Under the pieces are notes generated by a model, which saw only the letters and a list, made by a program, of their open reading frames with translations, was not told the DNA's origin and did no database searches. From Chloroflexota bacterium (lineage in GTDB: Bacteria > Chloroflexota > Limnocylindria > Limnocylindrales > Limnocylindraceae): a DNA stretch of 64,000 nucleotides. The stretch covers positions 4,729 through 68,728 of the forward strand of contig JAYQPX010000002.1 in assembly GCA_038145565.1 (NCBI GenBank), read 5' to 3'. Position numbers and translations under genes: made by a program. Numbering within the stretch: the stretch's first letter is position 1; each line of letters starts with the position of its first letter. This document shows, piece by piece, positions 1 through 17,500 of the stretch.

Positions 1-152
1 ATGAGCCAGCGAACGTCGCTCTCACGCTCGCCTGGATCGCGGAGCGGAGGGACGAACCGGTCGAGCTTCTCGCTGAGGCGATCAGTGCCAACTACGATCG
101 GGCCTTCCTGCGAAGCAGGTCTCGGGCCGATCGGAGTCCACGCTCAGCTTGA
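1..152 (+). CDS. 3' end of an upstream gene, TatD-family hydrolase-like C-terminus (partial, start outside window)
   Basis: Frame 3 is open from base 3 to TGA 150-152 and reads EPANVALTLAWIAERRDEPVELLAEAISANYDRAFL..., resembling the (N)EPA...N..R.F C-terminal block of TatD/YcfH hydrolases. It is absent from the ORF track because there is no Met in the window. Confidence 0.4.
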   Translation, partial: EPANVALTLAWIAERRDEPVELLAEAISANYDRAFLRSRSRADRSPRSA

Positions 153-160
153 GCGTGCTG

Positions 161-187
161 TTGGCACTCTCCAGGCGAGAGTGCTAA
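161..187 (+). promoter_or_regulatory. CIRCE operator (HrcA binding site) upstream of groES
   Basis: TTGGCACTC-N9-GAGTGCTAA, one mismatch to consensus TTAGCACTC-N9-GAGTGCTAA. It ends 80 nt upstream of the groES ATG. Confidence 0.85.
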
Positions 188-267
188 CATCGCCCCAAGC
201 GCACGGATGGTGCGCGCTTTGAGAATTCGCAGCTGGCGGAAGCCCGCTGCCTAGCAGGAGGTCAACC

Positions 268-567
268 ATGGCGAAGAAGGCATCACTCCGACCCCTCGGC
301 GACCGCGTGGTCGTCAAGCCGGTCCCGCGCGACGAAAAGACGGCGAGCGGGATCATCCTTCCTGACACGGCGCAAGAGAAGCCGCAAGAGGGAGAGGTCG
401 TCTCCGTCGGCCCAGGCCGCATTCTTGACGACGGGAAGCGCGAGCCGATTGACGTCAAGGTGGGGGATCGCGTCCTTCACGCGAAGTACGCGGGCACCGA
501 GTTCAAGCTCGACGGTGCCGAGTACCTCATCGTCGGCGCAAAGGACATCCTCGCGATCGTCGAATAG
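268..567 (+). CDS. groES: co-chaperonin GroES
   Basis: 99 aa, LRPLGDRVVVKP...ASGIILPDTAQEKPQEGEVVSVGPG typical GroES; SD AGGAGG 6 nt upstream. Confidence 0.97.
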   Translation: MAKKASLRPLGDRVVVKPVPRDEKTASGIILPDTAQEKPQEGEVVSVGPGRILDDGKREPIDVKVGDRVLHAKYAGTEFKLDGAEYLIVGAKDILAIVE

Positions 568-619
568 CGCGACAGTTCAACTGAACGGATCTATAGGTTG
601 AAGTAAAGAAAGAAAGTAG

Positions 620-2254
<1,635 letters not shown>

Positions 2255-2278
2255 TCGCCAATTTGCCGAAAGCAGTAG

Positions 2279-4450
<2,172 letters not shown>

Positions 4451-4503
4451 CCTGTCCGTCAGTCTGCACCGCTTCAGATTCTGGGTTGGGTTGTGCTGGG
4501 CAG

Positions 4504-4509
4504 TAGAAT
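4504..4509 (+). promoter_or_regulatory. candidate -10 box (TAGAAT) 6 nt upstream of the pcrA GTG, implying a leaderless transcript
   Basis: TAGAAT-cagcgg-GTG(4516); no Shine-Dalgarno between. Confidence 0.4.
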
Positions 4510-4515
4510 CAGCGG

Positions 4516-9251
<4,736 letters not shown>

Positions 9252-9260
9252 GATTCTCGC

Positions 9261-9566
9261 ATGAGTAAACTCAGTCGAGCCGAAGTGGAGAAGGTTGCCG
9301 CACTCGCTCGCCTTGGCCTTACGAACGACGAAGTAGAGACGTTGCAAAGCGACCTCAACCTGATCCTGGAGCAGTGGGCGCGCCTCGCCGATGTAGACAC
9401 GTCAAGCGTTCCAGCGAGCGCACAGACGATCCATCAGGTGATGCCACTGCGTGACGACACCCCGGGCGCGTCGCTCTCCGTAGACGCGGCACTGCAAAAT
9501 GCTCCCGCGCGCAGCGGCGACTTCGTCAAAGTGCAGGCGATCCTCAGTGAGGAGGCCGACGGATGA
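9261..9566 (+). CDS. gatC: Asp/Glu-tRNA amidotransferase subunit C
   Basis: 101 aa, VEKVAALARLGLTNDEVE... typical GatC. Confidence 0.92.
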   Translation: MSKLSRAEVEKVAALARLGLTNDEVETLQSDLNLILEQWARLADVDTSSVPASAQTIHQVMPLRDDTPGASLSVDAALQNAPARSGDFVKVQAILSEEADG

Positions 9567-11104
9567 GTGCAGAACTTCGCCGGGCAACTGCCGCTCAGCT
9601 TCGCGCAGGTTTCGGGAGCGGTGCGTTTTCATCCCTCGAGGTGGTTGACACGCTTCTCGGCGCGATCGAACGGGAAGATGCCGCACTCGGTGCGTGGCTG
9701 CATCTACGAACCGGAGAGGTGCGTGGAGAGGCGCAGCGCGCTGATGATGCCTACGCAGCGGCGAGAGCCAGCGGACCGGACGCGGTGCGTGCACTTGCAC
9801 CACTTCTTGGCGTCCCCGTTGCACTAAAGGATCTTGTCAACATGGTTGGTACTCCCACCACCGCTGGCTCAAAGATCCTTGAGGGCTATGTCAGTCCATA
9901 CGACGCTACGATCACCGCCAAGCTGAAGGCTGCAGGTGCGCTCATCCTCGGAAAGACGAACATGGATGAATTCGCGATGGGCTCGTCAACCGAGTTCAGC
10001 GCATACCGGCGCACGGTAAATCCGTGGGATCGTGAACGTGTCCCAGGTGGTTCATCGGGCGGATCTGCTTCGGCGGTGGCCGCTCTTCATGCGCCTCTAA
10101 GTATTGGCAGCGATACGGGTGGGTCAATCCGTCAACCGGCGAGCCTCACAGGGATCACGGGGTTGAAGCCAACTTACGGCCGCGTGTCACGCTACGGCAT
10201 CGTTGCCTTCGCATCCTCCCTCGATCAGATCGGACCATTCGCTCGCAGCGCGCAGGACGCGGCGCTGATGCTCCATGCCATTTCTGGATATGACCCCCGC
10301 GATGCGACAAGCTCCGCAGTTCCTGTTGACGCGGCACTGCTCACGCTCCCGCAAGGTGACCAGGCGGCGAGTGCAATCAAGGGGAAGCGCCTTGCCCTCC
10401 CGAAGGAGTACTTCGTCGCGGGGATGGAGCCGGGTGTGGAGTCGGCGGTCCGTGCCGCAGTCGCTGCACTGCAGTCAGCGGGTGCCTTTGTTGATGAGGT
10501 GAGCCTTCCAACCACAGGGCATGCCCTTGCCACCTACTACATCGTCGCGCCCGCCGAAGCATCTGCGAATCTTGCGCGCTATGACGGAATCAGATTCGGC
10601 GCGTCAAAGCATGGTGGGAGCGATCTCCTTGACGGCTACCTGACGACGCGCGGTCGCGGATTCGGACCTGAGGTGCGCCGACGCATCATGCTCGGCACGT
10701 ATGCGCTCTCGGCGGGTTACTACGATGCGTATTACCTGAAGGCGCAGAAGGTGCGCACCTTGATCGCCCGCGACTTTCATCGCATCTGGTCGGCAGGGTA
10801 TGACGCGATCGTCGCGCCGGCGAGCCCGTCGGTCGCATGGAAGTTCGGCGCGAAGTTGAGTGACCCTGTCGCCATGTACCTCGCCGATGCCTGCACGATC
10901 CCAACGAATATGGCGGGGCTCCCAGGGCTCAGCACGCCGTGCGGGCTCTCCGACGGTCTCCCAGTAGGCCTGCAACTGATCGGCGCACCATGGAGTGAAG
11001 TAGGACTCCTTTCAATCGCAGCTGGCTACGAGGCGCTCACTGCCGATGCGCCGTGGCGTGCCCAGGAGCCAACCGATCTTGCGGCGCTCGGAGGTGTGGC
11101 ATGA
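9563..11104 (+). CDS. gatA: Asp/Glu-tRNA amidotransferase subunit A
   Basis: 513 aa, amidase signature GGSSGGSA...GSDTGGSIRQPA; ATGA overlap with gatC. Confidence 0.96.
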   Translation: MSAELRRATAAQLRAGFGSGAFSSLEVVDTLLGAIEREDAALGAWLHLRTGEVRGEAQRADDAYAAARASGPDAVRALAPLLGVPVALKDLVNMVGTPTTAGSKILEGYVSPYDATITAKLKAAGALILGKTNMDEFAMGSSTEFSAYRRTVNPWDRERVPGGSSGGSASAVAALHAPLSIGSDTGGSIRQPASLTGITGLKPTYGRVSRYGIVAFASSLDQIGPFARSAQDAALMLHAISGYDPRDATSSAVPVDAALLTLPQGDQAASAIKGKRLALPKEYFVAGMEPGVESAVRAAVAALQSAGAFVDEVSLPTTGHALATYYIVAPAEASANLARYDGIRFGASKHGGSDLLDGYLTTRGRGFGPEVRRRIMLGTYALSAGYYDAYYLKAQKVRTLIARDFHRIWSAGYDAIVAPASPSVAWKFGAKLSDPVAMYLADACTIPTNMAGLPGLSTPCGLSDGLPVGLQLIGAPWSEVGLLSIAAGYEALTADAPWRAQEPTDLAALGGVA

Positions 11105-12285
11105 GCGACTTCGCACAGCGCACTCTTGCCGATCGCGTGCATGCGGTCCCGCCGTCCGGCATCCGACGATTCTTTGACATCGCCGCACAGATGGAGGACA
11201 TCATCAGTCTCGGTGTCGGCGAACCAGACTTCGATACGCCGACGCACATCACCGAGGCGGCGATCAGCAGCCTTCGTGCCGGACGGACGCACTACACATC
11301 GAACTATGGGACTCCAGAGCTGCGCACCGCAATCTCTGACAAGATTTTCGAGCGATCGGGTGTTCGATACGATCCATCCACTGAGATCATCGTTACGATC
11401 GGCGCCTCTGAAGCGGTTGATCTCGCCATTCGCGGGACAATCAATCCAGGTGACGCACTCATCCTTCCGGAGCCCTCGTACGTTGCGTATCTCCCTGCCG
11501 TGATCTTTGCGGGTGGTCAGGTGCGATCGGTGCCGACGAGCGCGGATGATGGCTGGCTCTTGGATTCATCTGCGGTAGAGGCTGCAGCGAGTGGTGCCAA
11601 GGCGCTCTTTTTGGGATATCCAGCGAACCCGACCGGCGCGACCCTCGATGAGGGAACACGTGCGGCGCTCGCGCGAATCGCGGTCGCGCACGATCTCCTG
11701 GTGATCAGCGACGAGATCTACGACCGACTCGTCTATGATGGCCCAGAGCATCGGGCGATCTCCGCGTATCCAGGAATGAAGGAGCGCACGATTCTGATCG
11801 GCGGCTTCTCTAAGTCCTATGCAATGACTGGTTGGCGTGTCGGCTTCCTCTGCGCGCCAGCGGAGATCGTTGCCGGTCTTGTCAAGATTCATCAGTACGC
11901 GATCATGAGCGCACCTACGCCGTCCCAAGATGCCGCGCTCGAGGCGCTTCGCAACGGCGAACCCGCGCTTGAAGAAATGCGCGCCGCCTATGCACGTCGC
12001 CGGAGCATCGTGCTGGATGGACTTGCCGCACTGAAGCTCCCTACAGGAGCACCGAAGGGAGCCTTCTACGCCTTCCCGGATATCTCGGCACTCGGCATCA
12101 GTGACGAGGCGTTCGCTGAGCGTCTCCTCCAAGCAGAGCGAGTTGCTGTAGTTCCTGGGTCTGCCTTTGGGGAGAGCGGGCGCGGTCATGTCCGTATTTG
12201 CTACGCGGTATCGGAAGAGAAGCTGCGAGAAGCGCTGATTCGAATAGGGCGGTTCGTTGCGTCTCTTCAAAAGGCCTCCGCATGA
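11101..12285 (+). CDS. PLP-dependent aminotransferase, class I (AspC/PatA-like)
   Basis: About 394 aa from ATG 11101 (MSDFAQR...). GIRRFFD, LGVGEPDFDTP and FSKSYAMTGWRVGF (PLP-lysine motif) are present. The ORF-track start 11053 lies inside gatA and was rejected. ATGA overlaps occur at both ends. Confidence 0.88.
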   Translation: MSDFAQRTLADRVHAVPPSGIRRFFDIAAQMEDIISLGVGEPDFDTPTHITEAAISSLRAGRTHYTSNYGTPELRTAISDKIFERSGVRYDPSTEIIVTIGASEAVDLAIRGTINPGDALILPEPSYVAYLPAVIFAGGQVRSVPTSADDGWLLDSSAVEAAASGAKALFLGYPANPTGATLDEGTRAALARIAVAHDLLVISDEIYDRLVYDGPEHRAISAYPGMKERTILIGGFSKSYAMTGWRVGFLCAPAEIVAGLVKIHQYAIMSAPTPSQDAALEALRNGEPALEEMRAAYARRRSIVLDGLAALKLPTGAPKGAFYAFPDISALGISDEAFAERLLQAERVAVVPGSAFGESGRGHVRICYAVSEEKLREALIRIGRFVASLQKASA

Positions 12286-13715
12286 GCTGGGAGGCGGTGA
12301 TCGGCATTGAGATCCATGTGCAGCTACGCACATCGACCAAGATGTTCTGCCCGTGTGCGATCCCAGCAGAGGGGGACGCGCCAAACACGCGCACCTGCCC
12401 AACATGCCTCGGCTTCCCGGGCGCACTCCCTGTGCCGAATCGGTCCGCAATTGAGAAGGTGCTTGCGGTGGGCGCTGCAATTGGTGCGAAAAGTCCTGCA
12501 ACCACACGCTGGGACAGGAAGAACTACTTCTATCCCGACCTCCCGAAGGGCTACCAGATCAGTCAGCTTGACCTTCCGCTTGCGGAGCATGGCAGCATCC
12601 CCGTCACCACGAGCGCTGGCTCTGGCTCCGTGCGGATCCGACGCGCACATCTCGAGGAGGACACTGCGCGCCTGCGTCATGAAAAGGCTGCTGACGGCAC
12701 CAGGGCGAGCCTCATCGATTACAACCGCTCCGGCGTCGCACTTCTCGAGATTGTCACTGAGCCAGATATCCGTGATGGTGAGACTGCGCGTCGATATGCA
12801 GAGGAGCTCCGCCTTCTTCTGCGTACGATTGGTGCGGCTGATGCCGAGATGGAGAACGGCCAGATGCGTGTGGAGGCGAACATCTCACTGCGCGCTTCAG
12901 GCGATGCTCCGTTCGGTACTCGTGTAGAAGTCAAGAATATGAACTCGTTCCGCTCCGTCGAACGAGCGATCGCATTTGAGGCGTCGCGCCAGGCAGCAGT
13001 GCTCGACGCGGGTGGAACCATCACCCAGGAGACGCGTGGATGGGACGAGGGGAGCGAGACCACCTACACAATGCGCGCAAAGGAGGACTCGCACGATTAC
13101 CGCTACTTCCCTGAGCCGGACCTTCCCCCACTCGACATCGATCCTGCCTGGCTCGCGGCAATCGTCGCTAGACTCCCTGAGCTCCCAGCAACTCGTCGCG
13201 CGCGCTATGTCAGCGAGCTCGGACTCACCGAGTATGACGCCAGCGTCCTAGTTGCCGAGCCACGCGCCGCCGCCCTTTTTGAGGCGGCACGTGCCGCCCA
13301 GAAGGAGCTGGACGCGAAACTGCTTGCGAATTGGGTGAGCGGCGAATACCTTCGTGTGGCGAAAGAGGGGGCAGCCGACCCTGATCCGGTCCAGTTTGCT
13401 GCGCTCGTCGCGGCAGTTGCGAGCAAGGAGATCAACGGAACGACGGCGAAGTCGCTCTTCGCCGAGATGGTAACAGCGCCACTTAACATTCGTGAGGTGA
13501 TTGCCTCGCGCGGACTGGGCCAGATCAGTGACGCTGGCGCACTGGAGAAGATCATCGCGGACGTGATCGCCGCAAACCCACAAGCGATCGCCGACTGGAA
13601 GGCGGGGAAGCAGCAGGCGGTGAGCTTCCTTGTTGGTCAGGCGATGAAGGCGAGCAAGGGGCGTGGCGACGCGGCGCTCCTTGGCGAACTCATCCGCGCC
13701 GCACTCGATCGCTGA
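12282..13715 (+). CDS. gatB: Asp/Glu-tRNA amidotransferase subunit B
   Basis: About 477 aa from ATG 12282 (MSWEAVIGIEIHVQL...), typical GatB N-terminus and C-terminal YqeY-like tail. Confidence 0.95.
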   Translation: MSWEAVIGIEIHVQLRTSTKMFCPCAIPAEGDAPNTRTCPTCLGFPGALPVPNRSAIEKVLAVGAAIGAKSPATTRWDRKNYFYPDLPKGYQISQLDLPLAEHGSIPVTTSAGSGSVRIRRAHLEEDTARLRHEKAADGTRASLIDYNRSGVALLEIVTEPDIRDGETARRYAEELRLLLRTIGAADAEMENGQMRVEANISLRASGDAPFGTRVEVKNMNSFRSVERAIAFEASRQAAVLDAGGTITQETRGWDEGSETTYTMRAKEDSHDYRYFPEPDLPPLDIDPAWLAAIVARLPELPATRRARYVSELGLTEYDASVLVAEPRAAALFEAARAAQKELDAKLLANWVSGEYLRVAKEGAADPDPVQFAALVAAVASKEINGTTAKSLFAEMVTAPLNIREVIASRGLGQISDAGALEKIIADVIAANPQAIADWKAGKQQAVSFLVGQAMKASKGRGDAALLGELIRAALDR

Positions 13716-13716
13716 G

Positions 13717-13998
13717 ATGCTCGATATCGTTCGCCTTGTCACCGGAGGCTTTGGGGTAGCTGGCCTTCTGTATTTGGCGCGTCAACTTCCGCCGCTGCTC
13801 ACGCAGTATCAGCTCCATCAGACGCGTGTAGGCGGAGCGAAGCGCTACAGCGAGTGGCGCGGCGCGCCCGGCGCTGGTCCCGACGTTCTCGATCGCCTTG
13901 AAGGGGAGCTGATCGTTTCGCGGCTAAAGCGCCTCGCCGGCGTCGGCGTTGCCTCCATTGTTGGGATTGCGCTCGCCCTCTTCCCGCCGTTCCGCTGA
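13717..13998 (+). CDS. small hypothetical membrane protein (two predicted TM helices)
   Basis: 93 aa from ATG 13717, one nt after the gatB stop; hydrophobic N- and C-terminal segments; no recognisable family. Confidence 0.5.
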   Translation: MLDIVRLVTGGFGVAGLLYLARQLPPLLTQYQLHQTRVGGAKRYSEWRGAPGAGPDVLDRLEGELIVSRLKRLAGVGVASIVGIALALFPPFR

Positions 13999-14006
13999 CT
14001 CTTTCG

Positions 14007-14522
14007 TTAGGCGCTCGGGCCCGAAACCTTCAGACGCTGTACCTCGATCGCCGTGCAGCGATCTTGAACGAACGAGACTCCCGCGTCTGCGGCGAGTGCC
14101 GCAGCGTCCGGACTGATGACGCCGAGTTGCAACCAGATCGCACCCGCGCCAACGGCGATGGCATCTCGTGTTACGGCGGCGCAGTCCTCTGAGCGTCGAA
14201 AGACATCGACGAGGTCAATGCGTTCTCCGTCTGGAAGTGCTGCTGCTGCGGTGGCAAGGTTCGGAAAGCAGGGGAGTCCAGCAACTCCATCAGCCAGCGC
14301 GTTTGCTGCGGGGTTGACTGGGAGGATGCGCCAGCCAGCAGCCTTTAGGGCGAGTAGCACGCCGTGCGAAGGGCGGTCAGGCTTCGGCGAGGCTCCCACG
14401 ATGGCGATGTTGCGACTTTCGGCGAGGAGGGTTCGAAGCTGCTCGTCGGAGAGAGGTGGCGCACCTCCCCCCTCGGCGGCGTCGATCGCTGCCCTGATCC
14501 TCGCTCGTTCATGCTCATCCAT
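14007..14522 (-). CDS. CoA-binding domain protein (YccU/YneT-like)
   Basis: 171 aa, NIAIVGASPKPDRPSHGV...ILPVNP matches the CoA_binding_2 Rossmann pattern. Confidence 0.75.
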   Translation of the reverse strand: MDEHERARIRAAIDAAEGGGAPPLSDEQLRTLLAESRNIAIVGASPKPDRPSHGVLLALKAAGWRILPVNPAANALADGVAGLPCFPNLATAAAALPDGERIDLVDVFRRSEDCAAVTRDAIAVGAGAIWLQLGVISPDAAALAADAGVSFVQDRCTAIEVQRLKVSGPSA

Positions 14523-14528
14523 CGGTCA

Positions 14529-14534
14529 ATCCTA
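14529..14534 (-). promoter_or_regulatory. candidate -10 box (TAGGAT on minus strand) 6 nt upstream of the CoA-binding gene ATG
   Basis: The minus strand reads TAGGAT-tgaccg-ATG(14522). Confidence 0.4.
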
Positions 14535-14543
14535 ATCGCTCGG

Positions 14544-14549
14544 TAGACT
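14544..14549 (+). promoter_or_regulatory. candidate -10 box (TAGACT) 6 nt upstream of the dnaE GTG
   Basis: TAGACT-tccccc-GTG(14556); no SD. Confidence 0.4.
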
Positions 14550-14555
14550 TCCCCC

Positions 14556-17500
14556 GTGAGCAAGAAGCCAGACTTCACCCATCTCCACGTCCACACCGAG
14601 TTCAGCCTGCTAGACGGCATGAGCAAGATCGATTCGCTCATGGACGAAACGAAGGCGCTCGGCATGGACTCCATTGCGATTACCGATCATGGCGCACTCT
14701 ACGGCACCGTGCAGTTTGTCCAAGCGGCAACGAAACGCGGGATCAAACCGATCATCGGTGTGGAGACGTACGTTGCGCGCCGCGGCATGGGTGATAAGGA
14801 GGGAAAGGCCGACCAACAGCCCTTCCACCTCGTCTTGCTCGCCACGAGCGCAACTGGTTATCGCAACCTCTGCCGACTCGTCACCGACGCGCACCTTGAC
14901 GGCATGTACTACAAGCCACGCATCGACCTTGATCACCTCGCGAGGTTTTCCGAGGGGTTGATCGGACTCTCCGGCTGCCTGAACGGTGAGATCGCGCGCG
15001 CACTTGAGGTTGATGAATGGGAACATGCGCGTGCGCTTGCGGGACGCTACGGCGACATCTTCGGAAAAGATCGCTTCTACCTTGAGGTGCAGGATCACGG
15101 CCTTCCAGAGCAGAAGCAACTCAATGGACAACTCTTCAAGCTCGCCCCAGAAGTTGGACTCCCGCTCGTGTTGACGAACGACCTTCACTACGTGAAGGCA
15201 ACGCAGCAGGAGGCACACGACGTACTTCTATGCATCGGCACCGCGTCCAATCTAGAAACACCGAATCGGATGCGCTTCAACAGCGGCGACTTCTACTTGA
15301 AGTCACCAGCGCAGATGGCCGCGCTCTTCCCTGATCGGCCGGAGTTGCTCCGCAACACCCGAGTGATCAGCGATGCGGTCGACTTCAACCTTGCCCTCGG
15401 TCAACTTCGCATGCCCGACGTTGAGGTGCCAAAGGGGGAGAGCGTCGACAGCTGGCTACGCAAGGAAGCGGAGCGAGGGCTTGTACGCCGATATGGGACG
15501 GCCTCAACGGCTGCGCGCGAACGGATGGAGTACGAACTCGGGGTGATCCTGAAGATGGGATATGGCGCCTACTTCCTGATCGTTGCGGACTTCGTTCGAT
15601 TCGCCCGGGAGCAGGGGATCGCTACCACATGCAGAGGGAGTGCTCCAGGCTCGATTGTCACCTATGCACTCGGGATCACCCCCGTGGACCCGCTCCACTA
15701 CGACCTTCCATTCGAACGCTTCCTGAACGAAGACCGCGTCACGATGCCGGACATTGACATTGACTTTGAAGATGGACGACGAGAAGAGGTGATCCGCTAC
15801 GTTGCGCAGAAGTACGGCGAAAGCCAGGTGGCTCAAATCATCACGTTCGGGACGATGGCGGCACGTGCGGCGATTCGTGATGTTGGACGCGTTCTTGGAA
15901 AGAGCTACAGCGATGTTGATCGCCTTGCAAAGGCGGTTCCGGAGAAGCTGGGTACCACGCTCGCGCAGGCTCGCAAGGACTCGGACTTCAAGGCACTTGC
16001 GGAGAGCCCGGACTACGCCCCACTCGTCGGACTCGCTGAGCAACTTGAGGGTGTGGTGCGCAATGCCTCCACGCATGCGGCCGGCGTGGTGATCAGTCGC
16101 GAGCCGCTTACAGAAATCATGGCGCTACAGCGCGCCACCAACTCGGACGGCGTCATGACGCAGATCGAGATGCATGGTGTTGAGGCGCTCGGCCTCCTAA
16201 AGTTCGACTTCCTTGGCCTGGCGAACCTCACCATCCTTCGTACGGCGGTTGACCGAATCAAGGCCACCTATGGGGTCGCGATCGACCTTGACACGATCCC
16301 GCTCGATGACGCGAAGACCTTCGCACTTTTGGCCTCAGGCGAAACGAGTGGGATCTTCCAGCTCGAATCTGCCGGCATGCGCCGCTACATCAAGGAGTTG
16401 CGGCCAACGAGTGTGTTCGATCTCGCCGCCATGGTTGCGCTGTATCGCCCTGGACCCATGGCGAACATCCCCTCGTATATTCGTCGCAAGCACGGAACAG
16501 AAGCGGTCACCTATCTACACCCGCTTCTTGAGCCATTCCTGAAGCGAACCTACGGCGTGTTCGTGTACCAGGAAGACATCATGGCGGCTGCATCGGCCCT
16601 CGGTGGCTTCTCTGGGCCGAAGGCCGACACCTTGGGGTATGCGGTGCGCAAGAAGAAGGAGGATGTGCTCGCCGGGCTCAAGCAGGAGTTCATCACGAGC
16701 GCGGCAGGGCGTGGCGTGGCCCCGAGTGTGATTGAGCAGGTATTCCAGGCGTTTGAGCCGTTCGCAAACTACGGGTTCAACAAGGCGCACGCCACATGTT
16801 ACGGCCTTATTGCCTACCAAACGGCGTATTTGAAAGCCAACTACACGGTGGAGTACATGACCAGTGTGCTCAATGCCTTCCGCAACAAGGAAGACAAAGT
16901 CGCCACGGCAATTGCAGAATGCCGCAGGCTCGGCATTGCCATTCTCCCGCCCGATGTTGAACGATCGCAACTCGACTTTGAACCGGAGGGGGGCGCGATC
17001 CGATTCGGTCTCCTTGCGGTCAAGAATGTTGGTGCTGGGGCAGCGGAATCCATCGTGGCAGCGCGCACGCGCGACGGTGACTTCAGGAGCTTGCAAGACT
17101 TGTGCGAGCGGATTGATCTTCGACTTGCGAACAAGCGCGTCTTTGAGGCGCTCGCAAAGGTTGGAGCCCTGCAGAAGTTCGGCCACCCAGCCCAGATCTT
17201 GCTGGCACTCGATGATGTGCTCGCTGCTGGGTCGAGTGCGCAACGCGAGCGAGCCGCCGGGCAGGTGTCACTCTTTGACTCGGCGCCAGGCCTCGCACTC
17301 TCGCTGGCCCCAACGCTGCCTCACGTCGCGGAGGCACCAACGCGGGAGCGACTCCGGTGGGAGCGGGAGCTTCTTGGCGTCTACCTCTCCGACCATCCTA
17401 TGAATTCACTCGCGCCGCTCCTCGCTCCGCATGTCAACGCCTTCGTGAGCGACTTCTCAGATGACTCACCTGCGACTGAGGAACGAGTGACGCTCGGTGC

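Noticed and set aside
1-222. ORF-track 73-aa ORF (MSQRTSLSRSPGS...)
   Set aside because: It is Ser/Arg/Pro-rich nonsense-like sequence that runs through the CIRCE operator. Frame 3 gives a much more protein-like C-terminus ending at 152.
573-586. Short palindromes (CAGTT-c-AACTG and GTTCA-ac-TGAAC) in the AT-rich groES-groEL spacer, considered as a second CIRCE or operator
   Set aside because: They bear no similarity to CIRCE, their arms are only 5 nt, and chance occurrence is likely. The AT-rich spacer is better explained as a translation-initiation region.
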